From: Thermoplasmata archaeon
Lineage (GTDB): Archaea > Thermoplasmatota > Thermoplasmata > Lutacidiplasmatales > UBA184
Assembly (NCBI GenBank): GCA_038729445.1
Contig: JAVYSA010000001.1
Location: 12,300-76,299, forward strand
Direction of reading: 5' to 3'
Length of the DNA: 64,000 bases
The notes below the pieces were generated by a model. It was not told where the DNA came from, made no database searches, and worked only from the letters and a program-made list of their open reading frames with translations. The position numbers were made by a program, and so were the translations under genes. Each line of letters opens with the position of its first letter. Positions within the stretch are counted from its first letter, which is position 1. This document shows positions 36,892-45,677 of this stretch, piece after piece.

Positions 36892-37797
36892 CTAGGGGCC
36901 GAACTCGGGCGCCCGATCCCGGTCGGAGGCGGCTCCCGTCGCCGCGTTCACCAGGATCCGGCCCCGGGGGCCCTCGCAGTACCACAGCGGCAGGTGGACC
37001 AGGGCGAACGCCCCGAGCCGGACGTCGTCCGGTCCGGGGGAGACCCGCCGGGTCTCCACGACCACCGTCCCCCCGAGCTGCTCCGTGTGGTCGACCCGGA
37101 CCGTGTGGCGGGAGCGGATCCATTCGAGCGCGAGGGCACCGGCGTCGGCCGGACCGATCACCGGAGGGATGCGCTCCGCCCCCTCCGGGAGGTTTGGGGA
37201 GAGCTCGTACGCCGCGCCTTCCCAGGCCTCGACCCGGGAGTCGAGGCCATGGACGGCGAGCAGGTGCTCCTCGACCTCGCCGGGGCCCCCGTGGGGCGCC
37301 GGAATGCGGACGCGGTACGGGGCGACGAAGTAGGGGATGGCGCGCAGCGTCCGCCGGAGCGTGCGGTCCGGGACGATCCGATCGAGGTCGTCGCGGGTCA
37401 GCCGCGGCACCACGTATCGGTCCCCCTGCGGGACGACGACCAGAGGGGGCTCCAGCGGGAGCTCCCCCCCGACCGGCGACGGGGGATCGCCCCCGAGGAG
37501 GAGCTCCCCCAACGCGGGGCCGAGCGTCGTGGGGTCGAGGATCTCGATCGCCCGCTCGGAGGCGAGCGACCGCGCGACCGGCCCGGGGTCCGACGGGTAC
37601 ACCGCGATCCGATGGACGGCCTCGGGGGGGAACGCCGGCTCGAGGTCGTGGGGGGTGCGGACCTCCCGGAGGAGGATCAGGGCCCGCCGGTCCTTTGGGC
37701 GCCAGGCCACGATCCCTTCCGGCCGGTCGGCGACCTGGTAGTCGGCCCCCTCGAGGATCCGGCCCAGTCGGCGCCACCGGTCGCCGTCCGTCGCCAC
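36892..37797 (-). CDS. Hypothetical protein (301 aa)
   Basis: Protein-like composition with non-repetitive sequence (MATDGDRWRRLGRILEGADYQVADRPEGIVAWRPKDRRALILLREV...). No family is recognised. It lies divergent from cdc48. Confidence 0.5.
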   Translation of the reverse strand: MATDGDRWRRLGRILEGADYQVADRPEGIVAWRPKDRRALILLREVRTPHDLEPAFPPEAVHRIAVYPSDPGPVARSLASERAIEILDPTTLGPALGELLLGGDPPSPVGGELPLEPPLVVVPQGDRYVVPRLTRDDLDRIVPDRTLRRTLRAIPYFVAPYRVRIPAPHGGPGEVEEHLLAVHGLDSRVEAWEGAAYELSPNLPEGAERIPPVIGPADAGALALEWIRSRHTVRVDHTEQLGGTVVVETRRVSPGPDDVRLGAFALVHLPLWYCEGPRGRILVNAATGAASDRDRAPEFGP

Positions 37798-37904
37798 GCC
37801 GGGGGGAGCCCCCTCGCGGTTATCTCGATGGCGTGCGGGTGGCCCACCGGGCTCCCGGGAGCGGGCTGGCCCCTCCGGGCGGGAGCGCCTCCCCCCGAAG
37901 ACAG

Positions 37905-37913
37905 TCTATATAT
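37905..37913 (+). promoter_or_regulatory. Strong TATA box for cdc48
   Basis: gtcTATATATcgcg lies about 30 nt upstream of the cdc48 ATG at 37940. Confidence 0.55.
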
Positions 37914-37939
37914 CGCGACCCGTCCGTTCATCGTTCCGG

Positions 37940-40165
37940 ATGCCCGAGGTCCTGCATCTCAAGGTCGCCGAGGTGGCCCAGCAGGACGTCGGTCTCGGCA
38001 CGGCCCGGCTCGACGAGCGGAGCCGCCAGAAGCTCAAGGTCGGCATCGGGGACGTCATCGAGATCCGCGGGCGCAAGAGCACGCCGGCCCTCGTGGCGCG
38101 GGCCGTCCCGGACGACGAGGGACGGGGGATCATCCGGCTCGAGGCGATCCTGCGCCGCAACGCGGGGGTCAGCATCGGGGACCGGGTCCAGGTCCAGCGG
38201 GTCGACTGCCCCACGGCGGACGCGATCACGATCGCCCCCATCTACGCCGGCTCGGCACGGATGGACCTCGGCCCCGGGCTCGAGAGCTTCGTCCAGAAGG
38301 CGCTCGCCCGGCGCCCGTTCCTCCGGGGCGACATCTTCGTGATTCCGGGGGTCTTCCTGATGGGCGGATCCCTCCCCTTCACGGTCGTCAGCACCCAACC
38401 GAAGGGGATCGTCCAGGTCTCCCCGACGACGCTCATCACGATCAAGGAGGAGACGGTCAGCGAGTCGGAGATCGCCGCCCCGAGGGTCTCCTACGAGGAC
38501 ATCGGAGGGCTGCGCGAGAAGCTCGGCCGGGTCCGGGAGATGATCGAGCTCCCCCTCAAGCACCCGGAACTGTTCGACCGCCTCGCGATCTCGCCCCCGA
38601 AGGGCGTGCTGCTCTTCGGACCGCCCGGGACCGGCAAGACCCTCATCGCGAAGGCGGTCGCCAACGAGGCCGGCGCCCACTTCATCGGCATCCAGGGGCC
38701 GGAGATCATCTCCAAGTACTACGGGGAGAGCGAGAAGGAGCTCCGCGAGAAGTTCGAGGAGGCCGAGAAGAACGCGCCGAGCGTCGTCTTCATCGACGAG
38801 CTCGACTCGATCGCTCCCCGGCGCGACGAGGTCGTCGGGGAGGTCGAGCGCCGGGTCGTCGCCCAGCTCCTGACCCTGATGGACGGGCTGTCGGGGCGTG
38901 GGAACGTCATCGTGATCGCCGCGACGAACCGGGAGGAGGCGATCGACCCCGCGCTGCGCCGCCCCGGCCGCTTCGACCGGGAGATCGAGATCGGGGTCCC
39001 GACCGCGGCGGGCCGCCTCGAGATCCTCCAGATCCACACCCGCGGCATGCCGATCGAGGGGAGCGAGCGCGAGCGGGAGCGGATCCTCAAGGATCTCGCG
39101 GCGCTCAGCCACGGCTTCGTCGGCGCGGATCTCGCCGCCCTGGCCCGGGAGGCGGCGATGCGCGCGCTGCGGCGCTACCTGCCCGAGATCGACTTCGACA
39201 AGCCGATCCCGCTCACCCTGCTCGAGCGGATGAAGGTCACCGAGCGGGACTTCCGGGACGCCCTCAAGCAGATCGAGCCGTCGAGCCTCCGGGACGTGAC
39301 GGTCGAGGTCCCCTCGACCCGCTGGGACGAGGTCGGCGGCATCGGCCGGGTCCGCCGGACCCTCGTCGAGTCGGTCGAGCTGCCGTTCCGGACCCCGGAG
39401 ACCTACCGCCAGATGGGGATCGAGCCGCCCCGCGGGATCCTCCTCTATGGTCCCCCGGGGGTCGGCAAGACCCTGCTCGCCAAGGCGGTGGCGACGGAGA
39501 GCCAGGCGAACTTCATCAGCGTCAAGGGCCCCGAGGTGATGAGCAAGTGGGTCGGGGAGAGCGAGAAGGCGATCCGGATGATCTTCAAGAAGGCCCGCCA
39601 GGCCTCCCCGTCGATCGTCTTCATCGACGAGATCGACGCGATCGCCCCACGGCGCGGCCTCCAGAACTCGTCGGGGGTCACGGAGCGGATCGTCAACCAG
39701 CTTTTGACCTCGATCGACGGGCTCGAGTCGCTCGACCGGGTCCTCGTCCTCGCGGCGACCAACCGGCCGGACATCCTGGACGAGGCCCTGCTGCGCAACG
39801 GCCGGTTCGACCACTGGCTCTACGTCGAGCCCCCGAGCGAGGCCGGCCGCCTCGAGATCCTCAAGGTCCACACGCGGGCGATGCCGCTCGCCCCGGATGT
39901 CGACCTTGCCCAGATCGCCGCCCGGACCGACGGGCTGGTCGGGAGCGACCTCGCGGCGCTCTGCCGGGAGGCCGGCATGAACGCCATCCGCGAGAACCCG
40001 AAGGCGACGCGGGTCACCGCCGCGCACTTCGAGGCGGCGATGCGGGAGGTCCACTCCTCCTGCGACCCCGAGTCGCTCAGGTTCTACGAGGAGTTCCAGA
40101 AGCACGGGCTCCGCGAGCGCGTCGGGCGGCGCCGCGAGGAGCCGGTGACCGCCATCTACCGCTGA
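37940..40165 (+). CDS. cdc48: CDC48/VCP-type AAA+ ATPase
   Basis: 741 aa. It has an N-domain and two AAA modules, each with GPPGTGKT Walker A (LLFGPPGTGKTLIAKAVA and LLYGPPGVGKTLLAKAVA), plus DEID/DELD Walker B motifs and SRH regions. Confidence 0.95.
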   Translation: MPEVLHLKVAEVAQQDVGLGTARLDERSRQKLKVGIGDVIEIRGRKSTPALVARAVPDDEGRGIIRLEAILRRNAGVSIGDRVQVQRVDCPTADAITIAPIYAGSARMDLGPGLESFVQKALARRPFLRGDIFVIPGVFLMGGSLPFTVVSTQPKGIVQVSPTTLITIKEETVSESEIAAPRVSYEDIGGLREKLGRVREMIELPLKHPELFDRLAISPPKGVLLFGPPGTGKTLIAKAVANEAGAHFIGIQGPEIISKYYGESEKELREKFEEAEKNAPSVVFIDELDSIAPRRDEVVGEVERRVVAQLLTLMDGLSGRGNVIVIAATNREEAIDPALRRPGRFDREIEIGVPTAAGRLEILQIHTRGMPIEGSERERERILKDLAALSHGFVGADLAALAREAAMRALRRYLPEIDFDKPIPLTLLERMKVTERDFRDALKQIEPSSLRDVTVEVPSTRWDEVGGIGRVRRTLVESVELPFRTPETYRQMGIEPPRGILLYGPPGVGKTLLAKAVATESQANFISVKGPEVMSKWVGESEKAIRMIFKKARQASPSIVFIDEIDAIAPRRGLQNSSGVTERIVNQLLTSIDGLESLDRVLVLAATNRPDILDEALLRNGRFDHWLYVEPPSEAGRLEILKVHTRAMPLAPDVDLAQIAARTDGLVGSDLAALCREAGMNAIRENPKATRVTAAHFEAAMREVHSSCDPESLRFYEEFQKHGLRERVGRRREEPVTAIYR

Positions 40166-40198
40166 GGCCCCGGCCCACCGGCTGCGTTTTCCCGGCAA

Positions 40199-40207
40199 GC
40201 TATAAGT
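40199..40207 (+). promoter_or_regulatory. TATA box (CTATAAGTA) plus SD-like AAGGAG upstream of the surface glycoprotein gene
   Basis: TATA lies about 60 nt upstream of the GTG start at 40265. GAAGGAGAC lies 4-9 nt upstream of the start. Confidence 0.45.
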
Positions 40208-40264
40208 AGAAGGCCCAAGTTCGCGCGCAGAGTTTGCCCCCCATCGGGGCCTCGTGAAGGAGAC

Positions 40265-43200
40265 GTGAAGTCGTTGCGTTCCGCCGTACCGAAGGCCGCC
40301 GTGTGCGCCCTGATCCTGGCCCTCGTTGCGGCCAGTCTGGTCCCCCTCGTCAGCGCGTCGAGCTCGACCCCCTACACCCTGTACGGGTACGCCTACCAGC
40401 CGGGGATCGGGACCCCGGTCCCCGCGGGCGTCACGGTGGAGCTCACGTCGGCGGCCAGCGGCACGGTCTACACCACCACGACGGCCCAGGGAGGCCAGTT
40501 CGTCTTCTCGAGCGCCTCGAACGCCCCGGGCCTCGCGCCGGGCAGCTGGGGGGTCTCGATCCCCGCCCAGACGAACCTCAGCCTCGCCGGCTGCGGGCCG
40601 TACCCGTGCGCCGTCCTTCCGGCCTCCTCGGCACCGGTCTACCTCTACCAGACGAGCGCGAACCTGACCAGCGGGGGGAGCTCCGGCTTCGTGACGGTCC
40701 GCAACGTCACCGTCCTCCAGTACAACGCGACGGTCTCGGGGACCGTCACCTACCAAGGCGCCCCGGCGATCGGCGCCAGCGTCCAGCTGTTGGACGCCAG
40801 CCGGAACAACGTCGTGCTCGCGAGCAACGTGACCCGCGCGGGCGGGAGCTTCTCGTTCCCCGCCCCGGCCGGCACCTGGGTGCTCCGGACGACCCTCCCC
40901 GGGCCGACCGTCCGCTACAACGTGACGGAGCTCACGATCGCTCCGTTCTCGACCGTCACGCCCGCGATCGCGATCCAGAACTACCTCCTGCAGGGGTCGC
41001 TGAGCGTCGGGTCCCCGGGCATCGCGCCGAACTCCCCCGGCAACGTGACCGTCTTCGACCCGGCCAACGGCTACATCTACCGCGGGACGATGACCCCGAG
41101 CGGCTTCTTCTCCTTCGGGACCTACCGGAACTTCACCACCTTCGGTTCCCAGCCGCTCGACGTCTTCCTGTCGACCGGGGCGACCACCACCGCGTACTTC
41201 GGGGCGACGATCTCGGCGAACACCCCGATCACGCGCAACGTCGTCGCGCCGGCGATCTCCTCCGCCAACCAGGGCCTCTACACCACGACGCTCAACTTCC
41301 GCGGCTTCAACGCCACGACGGGGAACGGGACGCTGGAGGTCACCACGAACGCCACCCTCGGCAACGACACGGTCCTGCCGTACCTGCCGAACGGCTCGGT
41401 CGGACAGCTCTGGAGCCAGCTCGGCCTCGACTTCGCCCACAGCCTGTCGCTGCCGACCGCGGACCTGCCGGCCGTCCTCACGTGGATCAACTCCACCGGC
41501 GCCTTCTTCCCTGCCGCCCAGGCCGGGGCGGCGATCAACGGGACCGCCTTCGAGCCGGTGTCGTATGCGGGCGGGGGCCAGCCGCTCTACCAGTTCGCCG
41601 CCTCGACGGCCTGCTCCCTCGCCGCCTGTGGCCCGCTGAGCTCGGACCCGCTCAACCTCTCCTACGCGCAGGCGTTCGTTCTCACGAGCTCGGTCGCGAC
41701 CAAGAGCCCCGCCTACACCATCTCCTTCACGATCCGTCACCCGACCACGCACGACCTGTTCACCTACAACGTGCTCCTCCCCACGGGCTATGTCCTCCGG
41801 TCGGGGACGAGCATTCCCGCGGGCACGAGCCTCACGCCGACCGGTCCGTCCGGCGCGTGGACGAGCTTCCGCCTGACGAGCTACCCGAGCACGAGCCCCT
41901 CGGCGACCGTCACCCTGCCGATCCTGAAGGCGGGCGCGGTCACCCCCATCGTCAACATCACGGCCTCGAACTTCGCCTTCGCCGCCTCCGCGAACGTCCT
42001 CAACGGGACCCGCGCGAACTACACGGTCGCCGTGGGGGCCGGCATTCCCGTCACCTTCAGCGCCCAGAACTCGATCTTCCCGGCAGGAACCAACGCGACC
42101 TCCTACCGCTGGAGCTTCGGCAACGGCAACACCTCGGCGAACCTCACGAGCTCGATCACCAGCTACACCTACCCCGCCGGCTCGGCCACCGCCCCGTTCC
42201 GCGGCACGCTCACGATCCTGAGCTCCGCCGGGACCACGACGACCACCGGGTTCACGATCTGGGTCGTCCCGCCCGGCCTCACCGCGGCACACCTCTCCTA
42301 CAACGTCACGGGCTCGAAGGTGCGATCCGCCGACGGGGTCCCCTACCTCTTCCTCAACTGGAGCGAATCGGTGACGTTCAACGCCTCGGGCTCCAGCGGC
42401 AACGTCTCGGCCCCGGCGGTGCCGGGGGTCCTCACGGTCGCGCTCTTCTCGGTCCAGGCGAACGGCTACTCGCGGACCCAGAACAACTCCGTGAGCCAAG
42501 GGACGGCGTTCCTGACCCCGTTCACCACGACGTTCCTCGGCAACGGCCTCTACTTCAACGGCACGACCATCAACGGGGTCTCGATCACCGGATTCCTGGG
42601 CTGGCGCTACTACGTCAACCTGACGGTCTGGACGGGCACCGGGGGCTACGCGACGACCTCCCTCATCGTGCTCGTCAATGACACCCAGAAGCCCGTCGCC
42701 GCCTTCTCCCTCCTCAACGCCAAGGGCCAGTACATCGCCCCCGGCGGGACCGTCGTCGAGGGAGCGAACGCCACCGCCCAGGTGCAGCTGAACGCCGTGA
42801 ACTCGACCGACCCGAACAACGGGTCGATCGTCCGGTACGTCTGGAACATCACCAACGCGGGCAACACGACCTTCCGGTTCACGAACATCACCCAGATTGC
42901 GCTGCCCCCGGCCTACCGCTATCCGGGCCGGGTCTCGGTCTGGCTCCCGCCGCAGATCGGGCCCTATACCGTCAACCTCACCGTCGTCGACCGGGCCGGC
43001 AACTCCGCCTATACGACGCAGAAGCTCTCGGTGACGATCAACACGACCACGCGTCCGATCATGGCGGCGGGCAACCTCACGGGGCCGAGCTCGGTCACCC
43101 AGGGCCGCAGCTACACCTACTGGGTGAACGTCACGGTCGGCGGCGGCGCGAAGGCGGTGGCCCGGAACATCACCGTCGCCTTCTACCTCCTCCCGCCGAG

Positions 43201-43660
43201 CGGCATCGGGACCCGGACGGTCATCGTCCCCTCCTCCGCCGTCCAGTTCTTCAACTACACGAACGGGGTCGTCAACCCGACCCCGGCGGCGACGGGGGTC
43301 TACCCCGCCCTCGCCTACGGCAAGACGGTGCGGGCCCAGATCACCTGGTCGGTCCCCGTCGGCAGCCTGCTGTCGGCGGGGCTGACGGGCAGCTTCAACC
43401 TCTACGCCAACATCTCGGCCCAGAACGAGTTCGCCGGCAGCTATGTGAACGGCCCGCAGACCGCCGTGATGGGGATCTCGATCGCGCCGAACCCCACGAA
43501 CCAGTACATCGTCTACGGCATCATCGCCGCGGTCGTCGTGGTCTTGGCGCTGCTGATCTTCGTCTGGTACCGCCGGCGCTCGCGCCGCAGCGGACGGGTC
43601 GGCTCGGCGAGCCGCACGGGCCTCGAGCGGGGCGCGCGGCGGGACGCCAAGCAGCCGTAG
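40265..43660 (+). CDS. Giant secreted, N-glycosylation-sequon-rich surface protein (S-layer/cell-surface glycoprotein candidate) with PKD-like repeats and C-terminal TM anchor
   Basis: 1131 aa. It has a signal peptide (AAVCALILALVAASLVPLVSASS) and extreme Thr/Ser/Asn/Gly/Tyr bias with dozens of N-x-S/T sequons. PKD-like WxFGNG motifs are present (SYRWSFGNGNTS; VRYVWNITNAGNT). The C-terminus has a TM helix (IVYGIIAAVVVVLALLIFVWY) and a basic tail RRRSRRSGR. Confidence 0.85.
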   Translation: MKSLRSAVPKAAVCALILALVAASLVPLVSASSSTPYTLYGYAYQPGIGTPVPAGVTVELTSAASGTVYTTTTAQGGQFVFSSASNAPGLAPGSWGVSIPAQTNLSLAGCGPYPCAVLPASSAPVYLYQTSANLTSGGSSGFVTVRNVTVLQYNATVSGTVTYQGAPAIGASVQLLDASRNNVVLASNVTRAGGSFSFPAPAGTWVLRTTLPGPTVRYNVTELTIAPFSTVTPAIAIQNYLLQGSLSVGSPGIAPNSPGNVTVFDPANGYIYRGTMTPSGFFSFGTYRNFTTFGSQPLDVFLSTGATTTAYFGATISANTPITRNVVAPAISSANQGLYTTTLNFRGFNATTGNGTLEVTTNATLGNDTVLPYLPNGSVGQLWSQLGLDFAHSLSLPTADLPAVLTWINSTGAFFPAAQAGAAINGTAFEPVSYAGGGQPLYQFAASTACSLAACGPLSSDPLNLSYAQAFVLTSSVATKSPAYTISFTIRHPTTHDLFTYNVLLPTGYVLRSGTSIPAGTSLTPTGPSGAWTSFRLTSYPSTSPSATVTLPILKAGAVTPIVNITASNFAFAASANVLNGTRANYTVAVGAGIPVTFSAQNSIFPAGTNATSYRWSFGNGNTSANLTSSITSYTYPAGSATAPFRGTLTILSSAGTTTTTGFTIWVVPPGLTAAHLSYNVTGSKVRSADGVPYLFLNWSESVTFNASGSSGNVSAPAVPGVLTVALFSVQANGYSRTQNNSVSQGTAFLTPFTTTFLGNGLYFNGTTINGVSITGFLGWRYYVNLTVWTGTGGYATTSLIVLVNDTQKPVAAFSLLNAKGQYIAPGGTVVEGANATAQVQLNAVNSTDPNNGSIVRYVWNITNAGNTTFRFTNITQIALPPAYRYPGRVSVWLPPQIGPYTVNLTVVDRAGNSAYTTQKLSVTINTTTRPIMAAGNLTGPSSVTQGRSYTYWVNVTVGGGAKAVARNITVAFYLLPPSGIGTRTVIVPSSAVQFFNYTNGVVNPTPAATGVYPALAYGKTVRAQITWSVPVGSLLSAGLTGSFNLYANISAQNEFAGSYVNGPQTAVMGISIAPNPTNQYIVYGIIAAVVVVLALLIFVWYRRRSRRSGRVGSASRTGLERGARRDAKQP

Positions 43661-43838
43661 ACGCACGGCGGCGGACGGCGGGCTCGGCCCCTGTCGCTGC
43701 CCCCGCCCGAGAACGGGCCCACCCGATCGCGGAGGCGGCACCCGGGCCGGTGCCGTCCGGGCCTCCCTCCGCCCGATCGGGGCGCCGGGCTTGCGCGCAG
43801 GGAAGGGAGGGGCCGCGGGCCGTGGCCGGCCCCGGAAT

Positions 43839-44036
43839 TCAGCCGTACGGGCCGACCTCGTCGAGGAGGTCGACGTGGGTCAGGAGCATCCGCCGGCAGC
43901 AGTAGCGGGAGAGCCCGAGGGCGTCCAAGACCGCCTTCGGGTCTTCCCCGCGGGCGGTCCGCTCGCAGTACTCGTCCCAGTGTTGGCCGATGACCGCACC
44001 GCAGGAGAAGCATCGGATCGGGACCATCATCGTCAT
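43839..44036 (-). CDS. rpoN: DNA-directed RNA polymerase subunit N (Rpb10 homolog)
   Basis: MVPIRCFSCGAVIG..W..Y...ALDALGLSRYCCRRMLLTHVDLL matches the RpoN signature. Confidence 0.95.
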   Translation of the reverse strand: MTMMVPIRCFSCGAVIGQHWDEYCERTARGEDPKAVLDALGLSRYCCRRMLLTHVDLLDEVGPYG

Positions 44037-44064
44037 CGGATCGTCGAGCCTCCTCGGGTCTCCC

Positions 44065-44475
44065 TCACCGGTACGACTTCTGCCGCCGGGCCCTCGCCCC
44101 GCGGCCGCCCGGGCGCTTGGGCAGCTTGCGGCGGGGGTCGTTGACGAGCAGGGAGCGGTCGTAGCGCTTGAACATGTCGGTCAGGGTCGGGTCCTTGATC
44201 CAGGCGATCAAGCCGCGGGCGACCGCCGTGCGGGCCGCCGAGGCCTGCCCGACGATCCCTCCGCCCTGGGCGGAGACGGAGATGTCGAGGGCCTTCCAGC
44301 GGTCCCCGACCATGAGCAGGGGCTCCTGGATCTTCAGGCGGACCAGCTCGGGCTCCACGAGCTCGAGCGGCCGGTCGTTGAACCGGACGAGGCCCCGGCC
44401 CTTGCGGACCGTCGCGCGGGCCACGGCCGTCTTGCGCTTGCCGGTCGCCAGGACGATCGACGGTGCCTTTACCAT
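44065..44475 (-). CDS. rps9: 30S ribosomal protein S9 (uS9)
   Basis: GKRKTAVARATVRKGRG...GGGIVGQASAARTAVARGL...RRQKSYR. Confidence 0.95.
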   Translation of the reverse strand: MVKAPSIVLATGKRKTAVARATVRKGRGLVRFNDRPLELVEPELVRLKIQEPLLMVGDRWKALDISVSAQGGGIVGQASAARTAVARGLIAWIKDPTLTDMFKRYDRSLLVNDPRRKLPKRPGGRGARARRQKSYR

Positions 44476-44930
44476 CGGGCCCCCAGCAGCGCCGTGATCT
44501 CGGCCAACGTGAGCGGAGGGCGGAGCGTCGGGCGGGCCCGGGCGGCCTCCAAGGTCCCGGCCGAGACCCCCTGGTACTCGGGAGGGACGCCCAGGTGGAC
44601 CTCGAGGCGGCCGAGTGCCTCCTTCCCGCGGGTCTTGAGGTGGGGGAGCATCCCGCGCACCGTCCGCCGGAAGATCCGGTCCGCGTAGCGGGGGTAATGG
44701 GGGCCGCTCCGGACGCTCCCGCGGGCCCGGCGTGCCGTGAACTCGGCGAGGACCGACGAGCGGCTGCCCGTCACGACCGCCTGCTCCGCGTGGACGACCA
44801 CGATCCGCTCCCCGGCGAGGAGGCGGCGGGCGATGAGGCTGGCCGCCCTCCCGAGGACGAGGCCGGTGGCGTCGATGACCGTGGGGGCCGGCGCCGGAAG
44901 GGCGGCGACGGGGGCGGTCGCGTCAGGCAA
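44469..44930 (-). CDS. rpl13: 50S ribosomal protein L13 (uL13)
   Basis: VIDATGLVLGRAASLIARRLLAGERIVVVHAEQAVVTG...RMLPHLKTRGKEALGRLEVH. Confidence 0.9.
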   Translation of the reverse strand: MPDATAPVAALPAPAPTVIDATGLVLGRAASLIARRLLAGERIVVVHAEQAVVTGSRSSVLAEFTARRARGSVRSGPHYPRYADRIFRRTVRGMLPHLKTRGKEALGRLEVHLGVPPEYQGVSAGTLEAARARPTLRPPLTLAEITALLGARW

Positions 44931-45288
44931 CGATCGTCACCCCCGATCCGTCCGGCCTCCATTGCAGGAGCTCGTGGAGCGTGAGGACCCTTCCGCCGGC
45001 GGCGTGGACCTTCGCCCGGGCCGTGGCGGAGCAGCGGAACGCGGCCACGGTGATCGGCCGTGCGATCTCGCCGTCGGCGAGCAACGTCCCGGGCACGACG
45101 ACGACCTCCCGCCCCCCGCTCGCCCGCTCGAGCTGGCCGACACGGACCGGAGGGACCTGGTGCCGCCCACGCTCGAGGCGCCGGGCGACCGCGGCCCAGA
45201 CCGGGGCGGAGTGGTCCCGGGCGGCGCGCCTAAGCTCGACGAGCGCATGCGCCAGCTCGGGATTCTGCTTCGGGTGCGACGCGGCCAT
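44923..45288 (-). CDS. rpl18e: 50S ribosomal protein L18e (eL18)
   Basis: 121 aa. Its position at the head of the L18e-L13-S9-RpoN cluster, and the ...VVVVPGTLLADGEI..PITVAAFRCSATARAKVHAAGGRVLTLHEL pattern, fit eL18. Confidence 0.85.
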   Translation of the reverse strand: MAASHPKQNPELAHALVELRRAARDHSAPVWAAVARRLERGRHQVPPVRVGQLERASGGREVVVVPGTLLADGEIARPITVAAFRCSATARAKVHAAGGRVLTLHELLQWRPDGSGVTIVA

Positions 45289-45317
45289 GCGCGGGAGCGC
45301 CTCGACCCGAGTGCTCG

Positions 45318-45325
45318 ATATAAGC
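45318..45325 (-). promoter_or_regulatory. TATA box for the rpl18e-rpl13-rps9-rpoN operon
   Basis: The plus strand reads gctcGATATAAGcg. On the minus strand this is CTTATATC, about 30 nt upstream of the L18e ATG. Confidence 0.45.
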
Positions 45326-45394
45326 GTTGCCCAGACGGGGGCCCGCCGAGGCGGGTCCGGGCTGCGCCGGAGGGTTTCCGCCGCCGACCAACGA

Positions 45395-45402
45395 TTAAAT
45401 AT
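45395..45402 (+). promoter_or_regulatory. TATA box for the PRC-barrel gene
   Basis: cgaTTAAATATcg lies about 33 nt upstream of the ATG at 45435. Confidence 0.45.
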
Positions 45403-45434
45403 CGACCCTCCCCATCCCCGCGCCGGGGCACTCC

Positions 45435-45677
45435 ATGCGCAAGTTCCTCACCGAGCTCCAAGGCAAGACCGTGATGACCAACGACGGCCAGATCCTGGGA
45501 GTGATCGACAACTTCGTGGTCGACACGGTCACCGGGTCGATCGCCCACGTCCTCGTGACCCCCAGCGAGGACATCGAGACGACGCTCTTCACCTCCGACG
45601 CGGCCGGCCGGCTCGTGCTCCCCTTCAAGAGCATGCGCGCGGTCAAGGACGTCGTCGTGGTGGACATTGCCAAGTGA
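45435..45677 (+). CDS. PRC-barrel domain protein
   Basis: The 80-aa product MRKFLTELQGKTVMTNDGQILGVIDNFVVDTVTGSIAHVLV matches the PRC barrel fold. Confidence 0.85.
   Translation: MRKFLTELQGKTVMTNDGQILGVIDNFVVDTVTGSIAHVLVTPSEDIETTLFTSDAAGRLVLPFKSMRAVKDVVVVDIAK

Noticed and set aside
36994-43741. 1071-aa plus ORF 36994..40209 and 1937-aa minus ORF 37928..43741
   Set aside because: These are alternate or antisense frames of cdc48 and the surface glycoprotein gene. The translations are low-complexity.
43661-43838. Possible intrinsic terminator or inverted repeat between the glycoprotein gene and rpoN
   Set aside because: GC-rich partial palindromes exist (cccgggccggtgccgtccggg), but there is no convincing T-tract. 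I could not distinguish them from background GC self-complementarity.
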